NCBI GenBank assembly: GCA_965218095.1
Contig: OZ244587.1
Location: 6,080,001 to 6,144,000, forward strand
Reading direction: 5' to 3'
Origin: Candidatus Poribacteria bacterium
GTDB lineage: Bacteria > Poribacteria > WGA-4E > PCPOR2b
DNA length: 64,000 bases
Shown: positions 10,070 to 20,545 of the stretch, piece after piece
How the letters are laid out: each line of letters begins with the position of its first letter
How positions within the stretch are numbered: the stretch's first letter is position 1
Program-made: the position numbers and the translations under genes
The notes under the pieces: model-generated
Databases searched by the model: none
The model's input: only the letters and a program-made list of their open reading frames with translations
What the model was told of the DNA's origin: nothing

Positions 10070-10279
10070 ATCGTCCTTGAGATGTCCCTCCTCATCGGAT
10101 CCCTCCATTTTGAATTTGCCCGCCATCTGCAGGATGCCGTAGGTGCCAGCCGCTCAGTGAGTAGCTGATTCCAGAGCTTGCTTAGGGGCTTTCGTACCAA
10201 ACTCGTCCATGAGCATTTTATCGATTTCCAGCACATCAAGGGCGATCTTGGGGGGGGGGGCTTTTTTGACCGTTGGCAT
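10070..10279 (-). pseudogene. small antitoxin-like gene remnant with G11 tract and internal stop
   Basis: GGAGG RBS; MPTVKKAPPPKIALDVLEIDKMLMDEFGTKAPKQALESATH*AAGTYGILQMAGK. Confidence 0.35.
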
Positions 10280-10294
10280 AGCGTTCTTCCCTCC

Positions 10295-10337
10295 AAAATA
10301 AAAAAGCGGAACCCGGAGAGCCACTCCAGATTCCGCT
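10295..10337 (-). terminator. Rho-independent terminator of the ferredoxin-fusion gene
   Basis: AGCGGAATCTGGAG-loop-CTCCGGGTTCCGCT followed by a T-run on the minus strand. Confidence 0.7.
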
Positions 10338-10360
10338 GTCCGAATTCAGATTTGTTGCAA

Positions 10361-11620
10361 CTACCCCTTGATTTTCGCATAGTGGACCGGACGTTCAATC
10401 ACGAGATCTCCGACCTTCCCGGATTTCGGGACGATGATCTGGAGGACTTTGTCGCGACACGTTGCCTGGAAGTTTTCGGGGCACCCTTCGATGTGAAAAA
10501 CATTCCTGAATCCGATGGGGAACGAGCTTGCACGTCCAGCCACCTCAGCAAACCGGGGATCTTCCAGCTTCGTTTCCACAACGACAGCGCCCTCCCCAAG
10601 ATTCACCTGATATGCGTAATCAGGCATCCGATCCGGCAGATTGTACCTCTTCTTATACACGCACTCAGGTACCCAGCGCGAAAACTCAATTTCAATGATA
10701 TAGCGATCTACTTTTTCTTCCATCCGATTGACCATTCCGTAACGACGATAGCGTTCACGGACATCCTCTGCATAGATAGGACCATCAGGATGGCCCTCCT
10801 CATCAACAGTAGGGACGGCTCCCGGCATGGTTGAACGTGGCGCAGTCGGTTCAATTGTAATTACATTCCTCAACACTGGCAATAATAATAGACGCGTGAT
10901 AAGCGATGGAATCCAACCGTATAGCGCTGCGCCATATCGAGATTGCTCTTCGCTCTCCATTGTAGTGAGATTACTCTTGAATCGGTAGATTCCCTCAACA
11001 ATTGCAAGCGCAACGCCGAGGAGAATCGCAAGATTTCCTCCGCTGCTAAACAGGTTAATATTCCACACCTTGACGGCAAGCAGGAAAAACAGAAGCGGAT
11101 AGAGCGTCAAATTAATGAGGCTGTTAATCCCTGTTGAGATTGCTGAACTAAAGATGACTGGATTGGCAGCCATCTCCTCGAGTTCACGCTTAAATTTCGC
11201 ATCGAATGCCCCCAGCAAGGGTTGAGAGAGCATCACGAACGGGCGCAATGCAGGACGGATCGAAGATTTGGGCGCCTCGATCGTTTGCACAAACTCTTCA
11301 ATGCCAATTCTGTTCTCATCCGCTTCAGCGCCTTCTCCACCTTCTCCTGCTGCGGCGCCTGCTTTTGTGGGCTTAACAAAATCCTCAAAGAATTTCTCAT
11401 TTAACTCAACATAGGAAGTCCACTGCTCTGGTACGTCGTCAAGTATGAAAATTGCGGAGACCGGACACGCTGGTTCGCATGCGGCGCAGTCGATACATTC
11501 GGCGGGGTTAATATAAAGTTGCTTTTCCCCTTCTTTCGTATGAATACAATCAACCGGACACACATCAACACACGCCGTGTCCATGACATCAACGCAAGGC
11601 TCGGCAATCACGTAAGCCAT
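10361..11620 (-). CDS. 7Fe ferredoxin fused to a membrane domain and a C-terminal Hsp20-like domain
   Basis: AYVIAEPC..CVDVCPVDCIH..CIDCAACEPACP; about 3 hydrophobic helices; EEKVDRYIIEIEF..FRNVF..ATCRDKVLQIIVPK. Confidence 0.85.
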   Translation of the reverse strand: MAYVIAEPCVDVMDTACVDVCPVDCIHTKEGEKQLYINPAECIDCAACEPACPVSAIFILDDVPEQWTSYVELNEKFFEDFVKPTKAGAAAGEGGEGAEADENRIGIEEFVQTIEAPKSSIRPALRPFVMLSQPLLGAFDAKFKRELEEMAANPVIFSSAISTGINSLINLTLYPLLFFLLAVKVWNINLFSSGGNLAILLGVALAIVEGIYRFKSNLTTMESEEQSRYGAALYGWIPSLITRLLLLPVLRNVITIEPTAPRSTMPGAVPTVDEEGHPDGPIYAEDVRERYRRYGMVNRMEEKVDRYIIEIEFSRWVPECVYKKRYNLPDRMPDYAYQVNLGEGAVVVETKLEDPRFAEVAGRASSFPIGFRNVFHIEGCPENFQATCRDKVLQIIVPKSGKVGDLVIERPVHYAKIKG

Positions 11621-11749
11621 GTTCTATCTCTCCTCAGACACATCTAATCTTTTGCGTTGTCTACTGTTTCGGAAAATTTGGGCACGCAAATTATACCACA
11701 GCGCCAATCCCGTGACAAGCATTTCTAAAAAACGATCTTTGGTCAGGAA

Positions 11750-12805
11750 CTATTCCTCTACTTCGATACGTACTTCCTTCTCTGTCTCCGCGCTCTGGAG
11801 CAGAGCTTCCATCATCTGCTGCACGATGAGACCGTGGCGGAGTGGTGCTGCACACGGTTTATCATCCAAAATGCTGTCGATAAAATGCGCAGCAATGTTA
11901 TCCCAGGATTCGAGGCCTTTGGGGGGCTCAACGCTGACGTCCTGCAACGCACCGTTTTCTGTGCGGTAGAGCGTCAGCGGATTGAGTTTGGCACCTGCTT
12001 CTGTGCCAAACAACTCAATCTGAAACTCGCCCGCTTGGTGCGAAGCCCAAAAACTCTCAACCTGTACGCCAATGCCCTTCTCGAAACGGATAAAACCACC
12101 GGCATAGTCATCCGCGGCGTACTGCTCATAGAACTTTTTAGAGGGAGTGGTGCCAGTCGAATAACCTAATCCTCGGAGACCAAACTTCGCTCCGGCAGCG
12201 CCTAACACGCCAATGGGTTTGGGCATGCCCAGCATCCACCACACAGCGTCGAGAACATGGACGCCCATATCCCGGAAGGCACCACCGCCCTTCTGAATGA
12301 ACCCCAGGCTCCGAGCTGGAATCCCGTTTCTTCGGACGCTACGGGCCCTTGCGTAGTACAGTTCACCGAAATACTCCTGACGTTCCAAATTCCCAAGATA
12401 TTGACAATCGGAGCCAAAGCGGGTGGAAAGAGACATCATGTTCACAACCCCTGCTGCCTCTGCCTCCGCAACAAGCTTTTTTGCAGCTTCCTCCGAATCA
12501 GCGAGCGGTTTGGTCACCAGAACATGCTTCCCATTTCGCACGGCCTCCAACGCAACAGGGACATGCCATTGATTCGGCGTCCCTACAAAAATGGCGTCGA
12601 TTTCCGGATCTTTGCACATATTCTTATAGTCAGTGTAAAATTTGACTTCCTCTGGCAATTCTTTCGCAAATGCTTTCATGCGATCTTCCAGCAGATCGCA
12701 GAGCGCAATGACTTGTCCGCGCGGATTTCTTGCCAGGGCGCGTCCATTCGCTCTACCGATGCCCATACCAACAACTGCGACTCGTACTCTGTCAGTAAGT
12801 GCCAT
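11750..12805 (-). CDS. Gfo/Idh/MocA oxidoreductase
   Basis: VAVVGMGIG, GKHVLVTKP, GGAFRDMGVH. Confidence 0.93.
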   Translation of the reverse strand: MALTDRVRVAVVGMGIGRANGRALARNPRGQVIALCDLLEDRMKAFAKELPEEVKFYTDYKNMCKDPEIDAIFVGTPNQWHVPVALEAVRNGKHVLVTKPLADSEEAAKKLVAEAEAAGVVNMMSLSTRFGSDCQYLGNLERQEYFGELYYARARSVRRNGIPARSLGFIQKGGGAFRDMGVHVLDAVWWMLGMPKPIGVLGAAGAKFGLRGLGYSTGTTPSKKFYEQYAADDYAGGFIRFEKGIGVQVESFWASHQAGEFQIELFGTEAGAKLNPLTLYRTENGALQDVSVEPPKGLESWDNIAAHFIDSILDDKPCAAPLRHGLIVQQMMEALLQSAETEKEVRIEVEE

Positions 12806-12869
12806 TCAGTTTCCTCCAATATTTGTGTCGTAAATCATGTTATCCAAACTGGGATGGTTCATTTGAACT

Positions 12870-13016
12870 CTATCACTAAATACGTGGTGGTTTCATCAGC
12901 CGAGAACGTATTGCGCACTGCGTAGGAGGCAAGATGTTTCACGCATTACGTTTCATTTTTTCGTTTTCATGGCACGAGAAGGTCACGGCGCAGATTTCTC
13001 ACAGGTTTAGTGATAG
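12870..13016. mobile_element. MITE-like element
   Basis: terminal IR CTATCACTAAA...TTTAGTGATAG, non-coding, heptamer repeats inside. Confidence 0.6.
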
Positions 13017-13026
13017 TACAGAAACT

Positions 13027-14712
13027 CTATCTGTAGAGCAACCTTTTCAGCGATCGTCTGCCTAGCAGATATGATATGCCCCACACGCCAATGAGAACGC
13101 TGAAGGTGGCAGCAATCGAGATCTGTTGCACAGTAGACATTGAAAAGTTCGGTTTTCCCCCAAAGGGGTGTATTTCGCTAAGAACGACAATTTCCATGAC
13201 CATGATTGGGACAATGAGCAGTATCAGGTTAACAGTCATCGTGACCAGAATTGTCGCAAGCCGCAGGACTGGCCGCCTGCCGGAATCCCGCCCCGTTTCT
13301 CCGATTTCCGCCACCCAGGGCAACGCGCCGACTGCCGTGTTGAACGCAGTTGCCGCAGCCGTGATCACCGTAGTCATTATCAGAATTGGCGTCCAGAGCC
13401 ATGGCGATATCCTGAACAGAATTAATCCCAAAAGAAACCACACGTTTACGTAAGTCACGGCGCAGAGTGTGCCGATAAGAAATTTGCTATTGAAAAGCAA
13501 TGCCGGCGAAATCGGGCTCGATTTTAACAGCCACCATGTTTTCGCTTCCGCCTTGCAGCCTCCCCATGTTAGGCCGGCCGTCGCCATCACACTGTAGATC
13601 ATGATCTGAACGGCGATTCCTAACAAGGGCAGATGTATCCCGTGACCGCTTCCGCCATCTGTCCGTATTTCATAAGCTGCGGCAAATACTAGTATCAACT
13701 GGATAAGGATTAGCATGATAACCATTGCCGCTCGCCCTTTGTGCCTGATGAAGACCAGAAAATCCTTTGCCATCATCGAACGAATTTTGCCCCGACCCAG
13801 AATGGCAGATTTCGCACGTTTCCTGCCTCTCCATTTGGTATTTACTTCCACGCGCCTAGCGCATTCCCAACTCCGATGGTAGATTTTGGAAGCCAACAAC
13901 ACACCCAGAACCGGTACCCCCCCACTGACAACAACCAATTGGATTGCCCACCGCAGCGGTTGAAGCCCCAATTCGGGAAGCCAGTTCATCATTAACTTCG
14001 CAGCCCATAAGTGAGGATACCAGTCAGAGGCGGGGGCTTTCAATCGAGCAAGGAGAAATTGGGCAATCTCATCTGACCGCCCGAGTGCAAGGAAACTTGC
14101 CGTCAGGAGAAATCCGACAGCCACACCGATTATTGCGCCAATGATTTTTAAGAACTGTATCATCCGCCGCGAAGAAAAAAAGCGCACAATAAACATCATC
14201 ACAATGACAATCTCACTCACGATGATGACCAGTAAACAGAAGCAGATTGGTATCAGTGCAAGGTAGAAATGCCAGGGTAAATCGAAAAGTTGTCCGAATG
14301 CAATCCACGGCGGAAACAGCCAAATCACCATACTCAATAAATTTGAGGCGATAAGCTGGATTAACTTAAAGCCAAAAATGGTCGAGGGAGGCAGGGGCGA
14401 CGACAAAAGGAGTGATGTGTCTGTGGCTTCGTAAAACTGCTTAATTGTGTCCTCCATCGCGTCTTTCGCTAGAATAAACACACCGAGCCCCATGCAGATG
14501 TTGATTGCGCGTAATAGTATGGTTTGTCCATGAGCGTCGCCCTGTTGTTCCACGATTCTGAAGAAAGCACGCCCCATCAAGTATAGTGCGGCGATCAGGA
14601 CAAGAAAGCCGAGAAACTCCGCAATCTTTTTTCGCCTCTCTTCTGAGGCGTATCGAATGCTATTTATCCAGCCTTGCCAACTGGCTTTGAGCAACATTGA
14701 TAATGTTTGCAT
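13027..14712 (-). CDS. putative ABC-2-type exporter permease
   Basis: polytopic; LLLSSPLPPSTIFGFK, KDFLVFIR, WWLLKSSPIS..LFNSK. Confidence 0.8.
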   Translation of the reverse strand: MQTLSMLLKASWQGWINSIRYASEERRKKIAEFLGFLVLIAALYLMGRAFFRIVEQQGDAHGQTILLRAINICMGLGVFILAKDAMEDTIKQFYEATDTSLLLSSPLPPSTIFGFKLIQLIASNLLSMVIWLFPPWIAFGQLFDLPWHFYLALIPICFCLLVIIVSEIVIVMMFIVRFFSSRRMIQFLKIIGAIIGVAVGFLLTASFLALGRSDEIAQFLLARLKAPASDWYPHLWAAKLMMNWLPELGLQPLRWAIQLVVVSGGVPVLGVLLASKIYHRSWECARRVEVNTKWRGRKRAKSAILGRGKIRSMMAKDFLVFIRHKGRAAMVIMLILIQLILVFAAAYEIRTDGGSGHGIHLPLLGIAVQIMIYSVMATAGLTWGGCKAEAKTWWLLKSSPISPALLFNSKFLIGTLCAVTYVNVWFLLGLILFRISPWLWTPILIMTTVITAAATAFNTAVGALPWVAEIGETGRDSGRRPVLRLATILVTMTVNLILLIVPIMVMEIVVLSEIHPFGGKPNFSMSTVQQISIAATFSVLIGVWGISYLLGRRSLKRLLYR

Positions 14713-15127
14713 ATCGGGTATTGGAAATTCAGAAATAGAGTAGGCACCGTCCTGCGCTATGACTTACCGTTTGATGAATTTGATGCTATTTCCTTCCAAG
14801 ATGTTATCAAAACCACACCAGTTTGTCAAAGGAATAGTAAGGAATCATTTAATCCCGCTCTTGACAGTTTCTTAAAAGCTATTGTATACTATCCATCACC
14901 GGTGCTGTCTGCTGTATTCAATAGACTTTACCTGATGCCATATTCTGAGGAGTTTAGTTCAAAGGAGGTTGTACCGCCGATGAGCTTTGTCCGAAGGTGC
15001 AACCCCTCACAACAGCCCACAAGACTTTTTGGGTGAGTTAATAGGCGTTTCGTGCCAAATTTCATTGGGAGAGATGAATCCCCTTTAATCTGGGAAACCT
15101 GATCAATTTTACAAGCGGAGGTTCATT

Positions 15128-15541
15128 ATGCTAGAAAGGCGGAAGTTGCCTCGTTTAGCCGAAGAATGGAACCTGAGCTACCGTGTTTTGCATAAAGATC
15201 AATTTGCCAATGATCCTATGCGTCAGTATACAGTGAACATCAGCGGTGGAGGGATCTGCCTTATGGCTGAAAAAGAGATCAAAGAGGATACGATGTTGGC
15301 GCTTGAATTGGAGTCTGATCAGTTTCCGGCGCCAATCCTGGCTCTCGCCAAGACAGTCCGATGTAAGCGGACACGCAGCGGACATGAAGTCGGCTGCGAA
15401 CTCTGGTGGGTTGGGTTGGATGGCAAAACAATGATGCCCAACAAGCGATGGCGGATTACATCGCCTCAGCCACTAAGGAAGCAAACAGCTCGACAACTTC
15501 ATCATAACTTGGTAAACTCTTTCAAGAAACCAAACCATTGA
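15128..15541 (+). CDS. PilZ-domain (c-di-GMP-binding) protein, likely frameshifted near the C-terminus
   Basis: ERRKLPR and NISGGG motifs; alternative frame WQNNDAQQAMADYIAS after a GGTTG duplication. Confidence 0.8.
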   Translation: MLERRKLPRLAEEWNLSYRVLHKDQFANDPMRQYTVNISGGGICLMAEKEIKEDTMLALELESDQFPAPILALAKTVRCKRTRSGHEVGCELWWVGLDGKTMMPNKRWRITSPQPLRKQTARQLHHNLVNSFKKPNH

Positions 15542-15573
15542 CTCATTTCTGCAATCGCATGAGGGAAATAAAC

Positions 15574-17562
15574 ATGCAAAACACATTTAACTTCAAGCAA
15601 GTACTAATCTGGCTTATCTTGATTTTATGTGCAGGCGTCGGTTATAGCCAGCAGTACGCCTCGATTTACCTGAAAAACGGCGATCGCCTCAGAGGGCGTT
15701 GGTTGGGCGCCGATGAAAAATCCGCTCGCATTGAAGTTTATAACCAGAGATTATCAATTCCATTCCGTGAGATTATAAACATCACGCCCTTCGATGATTT
15801 ACGTCTCATCCCCGATGCGATTGCTGCAAAGCACTTTCGTGACGGTGAAGCTTTCTTGCAGTTGGGGATGCGCGAGAAAGCCAAAAATCATTTTATGGCT
15901 GCAATTGAAGCGTTTCCCAGATATGCTGACGCGCATTATCAACTTGGACTCCTCTTCCAGGCAGAGGGGAATAACGATGAGGCGCTGAAATACTTTAGTC
16001 GCGTTGCAAAGATCAACCCCGAAGCATACAATATGGCGACTCAGTTCAAGGAAGCTAGTGATGCTTACCTCGCTGCTGAAGAATACAGCAAGGCAGTCGA
16101 CGCCTATCTGTTGCTATTTCATAACTATCCATACCATCAATCCGCGGAGCAAGCAGCTTATACAGCCGGATTTCTATTGACAGAGAAGTTGGATGAACCC
16201 GAGGAAGGACTGGCGGGACTTCAGAAAGCTGTGACAGAATTCCCGATCAGCGAATACCTAGAACGCGCCTTGTATCTCATTGGCTTGTTACAAACCGAAT
16301 TGGGGCAGGGGGAGATGGCGGTGGAGACGTTAAGAAGCTTTATTCTGAATTATCCCGGAAGTCAATGGCTCGCCGAGGCTTATCTGGCGCGGGGCGATGC
16401 ATATTTGCAGTTAAGGCAAAACAAAGACGCAATCGCAGACTTTAACTTTGTTTATGAGCACACAGCGAATCTCAAGATGAAACACGAAGCGCGGAAGAAA
16501 CGCGACGAAAGTGCATGGACGATTTATAGGGTTTCTGATGATCTGCCGAGCAATCAAATCCAGGCGATTGCTGTGGATGGGGAAACCCTGTGGATCGGTA
16601 CACCAAAGGGCCTGGCACAGATTGATGTCAGCATGGAATCGTGGCAGCCGATGACAAACATTGTCGGTTTCATCAACACCATGTTCGACGAAACAAATCC
16701 CATTAATGTTCGGGCGCTGGCTGTTGATGAACAGGAACTGTGGATTGGAACATTGAATAACGGCGTGATTCGTTATAACAAGCTAACGCAAATTTCCCAA
16801 ACTTACGGTACACGAGACGGGCTTCCACATAACACAATATACGATATCAAAATCGACAAAGATAAAGATGAGGTCTGGATTGGAACCTTTTCTGGGGTTG
16901 CACATTATCATCGGTCAACAGAGCAGTGGACAGTGTACAACAAAAAGGACGACCTTTTACCCGCCGCCGATATCGTTGCACTGGCTGTCACACCGGAAAG
17001 GGTTTGGATTGGTACTTCTGAAGGCGGTATGGCAGTCTACGACCAAAAGCTCAACTATTGGCAAAACTTCGGCGGTCCCCTTGACGACCTTAAACTGAGA
17101 CCGGACAGCGCAATCGTGAGCTTTGATGTAGGCCGCAATCAAATTTTCTTTACATGGTATCATGATGAGGACAAATCCAACGGGTATGGTGTTATCCAAC
17201 TGGACACGTTAAAGAGTCAAGTGCAAAAGGTTATTAGTGGCGATCTGGTGCCACATCAAAACATTTACGTTGCCGTCAGCAAAAATGCAGACAAGATAGA
17301 GGAATCTCTCCCGGAGGAAATGGAAGAATCTCCTCCGAGGGAGATGGAGAAGCCATCTACGCTGTGGCTTGCGACAAACGATGGTGTGTACATAAAACAT
17401 TCGGGAAGTTGGGAAGGTCCGATTGGATTTCCTGCGGATCGGCTCGGTGTGCTTGTCGTGAGTTGCATCGCACTTGGTGAAGGCGCCGCTTGGATTGGAA
17501 CGTCTAACGGGGTCGCTAAGATAGACACCAGTGTATTTTATGCGCATTCGGTTAATAACTAA
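15574..17562 (+). CDS. secreted TPR plus beta-propeller (Reg_prop-like) protein
   Basis: signal peptide; TPRs (AHYQLG, ALYLIG, AYLARGDAY); repeated LWIGT..G and GLPHN motifs. Confidence 0.88.
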   Translation: MQNTFNFKQVLIWLILILCAGVGYSQQYASIYLKNGDRLRGRWLGADEKSARIEVYNQRLSIPFREIINITPFDDLRLIPDAIAAKHFRDGEAFLQLGMREKAKNHFMAAIEAFPRYADAHYQLGLLFQAEGNNDEALKYFSRVAKINPEAYNMATQFKEASDAYLAAEEYSKAVDAYLLLFHNYPYHQSAEQAAYTAGFLLTEKLDEPEEGLAGLQKAVTEFPISEYLERALYLIGLLQTELGQGEMAVETLRSFILNYPGSQWLAEAYLARGDAYLQLRQNKDAIADFNFVYEHTANLKMKHEARKKRDESAWTIYRVSDDLPSNQIQAIAVDGETLWIGTPKGLAQIDVSMESWQPMTNIVGFINTMFDETNPINVRALAVDEQELWIGTLNNGVIRYNKLTQISQTYGTRDGLPHNTIYDIKIDKDKDEVWIGTFSGVAHYHRSTEQWTVYNKKDDLLPAADIVALAVTPERVWIGTSEGGMAVYDQKLNYWQNFGGPLDDLKLRPDSAIVSFDVGRNQIFFTWYHDEDKSNGYGVIQLDTLKSQVQKVISGDLVPHQNIYVAVSKNADKIEESLPEEMEESPPREMEKPSTLWLATNDGVYIKHSGSWEGPIGFPADRLGVLVVSCIALGEGAAWIGTSNGVAKIDTSVFYAHSVNN

Positions 17563-17570
17563 TAGTGCTA

Positions 17571-18389
17571 GGTTCTGTTGACATTTCAACGGAGCCATAT
17601 AAGAGTGGAGACAAAGCTGAGAAATCCAAAATAACGGACAGCTAACTTCTCAAACCGAGAGAAGATACGACGATACCATTTTATCTTGTTGATGAAACAT
17701 TCAACCCGATGTCTTTCTTTGTATAAGTGTTTGTCATACGTTCTTTGGTCAACACGATGACTTTTTGGCGGTATCACCGCAATCGCTCCATTCGCCTCAA
17801 TAACCGCGATAAAAGCGTCCGAATCGTACCCCTTGTCTCCAATCACATATTCACTGTTATATCCGATTATCAACCCTTCCGCCTCAGTTATGTCATGTCT
17901 CTGACCGGGTGTCAGATGAATTCTTAGGGGATTGCCTAGTCCGTCGACTGTGATGTGATTTTTTGTACTGAAACCGCCCCGAGACCGACCTAATGCTTGG
18001 TTTTCAGTCCCACCGTTTTTTTAAGGCGCCCGCCGCAGACGGGTGAGCGCGGCAGATGGTACTGTCCACAATAAGCGACTCGATATCGGGGTCAGAGGCG
18101 AAGTGGGGGTGCATCTGTGTGAAGATACCTTTGTCGCACCATCGAGCAAACCGCTTGTAGCGGGTGTTCCATTTGCCATAGGTGTCTGGTAGAAGTCTCC
18201 ATTGAGCGCCGCTACGAGTCACCCACAGAACGGCTTCGACGAAGCGGCGTGTAGCAGCTTCGTCGCCAACATAGATGGTGGGACAGCTTAGAAGAAACCG
18301 GTATATCTTATTCCATTGTTCATCAGGTAAGGTTATTGGCGTCATTCTTCTATTATGCCACAACCTTATACTCAAATGTCAACAGAACC
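17571..18389 (-). mobile_element. IS5-family (IS427-like) element, copy 2, apparently intact (orfA 18004-18375 plus frameshifted orfB)
   Basis: same IRs as 4298-5105, TA TSD, near-identical sequence. Confidence 0.93.
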
Positions 18390-18618
18390 TAATATATCGC
18401 GTGAAACATTAAATAAATTACTCACCGATTTTGTCAACAAGGATATGGTAAAGGTGTGATGGTGCATTACTGAAATGATACTCGTAGCTGTCGCATATGA
18501 CAGCAGTGTTCCTATTAGGCTTCACCTATCAGCCTCACTCAATTTCCTTGCCCTACTTTGCTTATAAAGTCCTGTTGTATCTCTTACCCACCCCTGTTTT
18601 ATATGCGGTTTTTTTCTC

Positions 18619-19263
18619 CTATTCATCACGAACAGTATAGGGGCCAACCGATTGAGAACCGGTGGAGCCGTCTCGGTTTGTCCACTGGATGTTCAGTATT
18701 GCGGACCCTTCTGCCAAGGCGGGAGATGCTCCCCAGTTGCGACCTGATCCCGACGCTGCGGAGCCATTGATCGTCGCTGCCATGATACCCTTATCAAATG
18801 TCACTGAGAACTCCTGGTTTGACGGGATTGTGGCACCGGGGGGAGGCTCTACCGAATGTATCTTTGCGGAAGGGACAGTTTCGGGCGTGCGTTGGTTCGG
18901 AGGTATATATTCTGGGCAGGCATAATCCAATGTCCTTTTCCCCCCTTGCCACAAAACAATTATATCGACACGACAGCTCTTACCTGTTATCAGCAGTTTT
19001 GTGCCTGACAGAGTATATGCTTCAGCGCCATCGACACTCAAATCTTTTGGCTGTTTGTCGAAGTAAACCTCCCAATTTCGCCCATCATTATTCGCTTCGA
19101 CAAACTGCGCCGGCGTGTCATCAATAACTATCACCTCACGATCGCAGCCTCCCATCACCACGACCGCAAACAGAAGGATAGTCCAACCTCTGGGACTTGT
19201 CAGGGCTCGCCCTAACAATCCCATCATCAAAAACCATTTCACTGTATATTTCCACTTGTCCAT
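18619..19263 (-). CDS. lipoprotein with C-terminal Ig-like domain
   Basis: VVMGGC lipobox; PPPGATIPSNQEFSVTFDK..WTNRDGS..GPYTV. Confidence 0.7.
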   Translation of the reverse strand: MDKWKYTVKWFLMMGLLGRALTSPRGWTILLFAVVVMGGCDREVIVIDDTPAQFVEANNDGRNWEVYFDKQPKDLSVDGAEAYTLSGTKLLITGKSCRVDIIVLWQGGKRTLDYACPEYIPPNQRTPETVPSAKIHSVEPPPGATIPSNQEFSVTFDKGIMAATINGSAASGSGRNWGASPALAEGSAILNIQWTNRDGSTGSQSVGPYTVRDE

Positions 19264-19659
19264 TATGATTTCCCTTTTCCATACTTAATCCGAGCCATCG
19301 CGCTATTTTGAGCGATTTCTGCGCTTGCGTAGTGACTCGGCATCCGAGAATCCTTCCATCTACCATCGACTTGCATTTCCACCAGCGACGCATTCCCGCG
19401 AGCCAGCGACACTGCCGAGCCAACCTGTAGTGAATGACCCGATACACGCCCCTTTACCCCACGGATACCTTTACTGCGCTTTTTGACGATCTCCCGTATC
19501 GCTTCAGGTGTGAGCCGTGCCGTTATCGGTTTGCCCCCCTTCAATACCCGGCGGAACAATACCCTACGATCGATGTGCGATACTTGAGTGAATCAAAGAC
19601 GCGGTTTCATCAGGTATCTCAAGCCCCTAGGACTGATTCCGTGTTGCTAACTGATTCAT
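19263..19659 (-). pseudogene. tyrosine recombinase/integrase remnant with large internal deletion
   Basis: AGGAGG RBS + MNQLATRNQS*; C-term SGHSLQVG (catalytic R replaced by Q), GRWKDSRMPSHYA. Confidence 0.8.
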
Positions 19660-19716
19660 GATTTTCCTCCTTTAATGTTCGGTAAGAACTTTTTCAGTTC
19701 AAATGGGATCGCGCTA

Positions 19717-20514
19717 TCAATACATTGCATCCCGAATCGCGCTCTGGAGCTTCCAGTCGCCCCTTTTTTTTGCAAGTTCTAACGCCTTCCTAAAATCCTC
19801 AGCCCCTTTGTATCTCCCTATCTTTTTCTTTGCCAAACCTCGATAATAGTAAGCACGAGCATTGTCTGGGTCAAGTCGGACAGCGATGTCATAATCGGTA
19901 ATCGCAGCGAAATATCGTCCCTTGTTGTATTTTGTCCAACCCCGCCAGATATAGGTATAGGCAGCATTTGGGGCAAGTCGGACAGCGGTGTCATGATCAG
20001 CAATAGCAGCATCATATTGTCCCAAATCAGCCTTCACACACGCCCGATTGGAGTAGAGATAAGCAGCATCAAAATCAAGGCTTATCGCTGTGTCATAATC
20101 GGCAATCGCTGCAGCGTGTCGTCCTAACCTGTATTTTGCCCAACCCCGAGAGTTGTAGGCATAGATAGCATCAGGATCAAGGCTTATAGCCTTATCATAA
20201 TCAACAATCGCAGCGGCGTGTTGTCCTAATTCTTCCTTCGCCTTACCCCGATAGTGGTAGGATTTAGCATTAGCTGGGTTAAGGCTTATCGCCATATCAT
20301 AATCGCTTATGGCTTCAAAGTATTGACCTTTATTCGCTTTTGCTTTTCCCCGATCAACATATGTCTGGCTGTCATCACCTTTTTTAGCACTTGGCTCTGT
20401 TTTAGCACTTTGGTTATGAGAGATGTCGGAAAGTATGCCGTAGAGTATCAATCCTATAAATCCTACGACGCAGGCAATCGCAACTATGGCGAACCCTAAT
20501 AAATAAGTAGACAT
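19717..20514 (-). CDS. membrane-anchored TPR protein
   Basis: N-terminal TM; about 6 repeats AY.NRG.AK..LG....AIADYD.AI.L.P. Confidence 0.9.
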   Translation of the reverse strand: MSTYLLGFAIVAIACVVGFIGLILYGILSDISHNQSAKTEPSAKKGDDSQTYVDRGKAKANKGQYFEAISDYDMAISLNPANAKSYHYRGKAKEELGQHAAAIVDYDKAISLDPDAIYAYNSRGWAKYRLGRHAAAIADYDTAISLDFDAAYLYSNRACVKADLGQYDAAIADHDTAVRLAPNAAYTYIWRGWTKYNKGRYFAAITDYDIAVRLDPDNARAYYYRGLAKKKIGRYKGAEDFRKALELAKKRGDWKLQSAIRDAMY

Positions 20515-20545
20515 TTTCTTATATTGCTGGTATCCTATAGTTATT

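Noticed and set aside
10250-10260. G11 tract as a phase-variation switch
   Set aside because: lies in a remnant that also has a stop codon; may be a sequencing artefact
10178-10834. long antisense ORFs (also 12257-12925, 54284-54892, etc.)
   Set aside because: shadows of well-supported genes on the opposite strand
15070-15125. possible c-di-GMP-II riboswitch before the PilZ gene
   Set aside because: only partial resemblance; the conserved GGGCAC/GUGCAACC pseudoknot is absent
19717-20350. ~102-bp periodic repeats as a CRISPR-like array
   Set aside because: they are TPR coding repeats; no CRISPR array or cas genes were seen in the window
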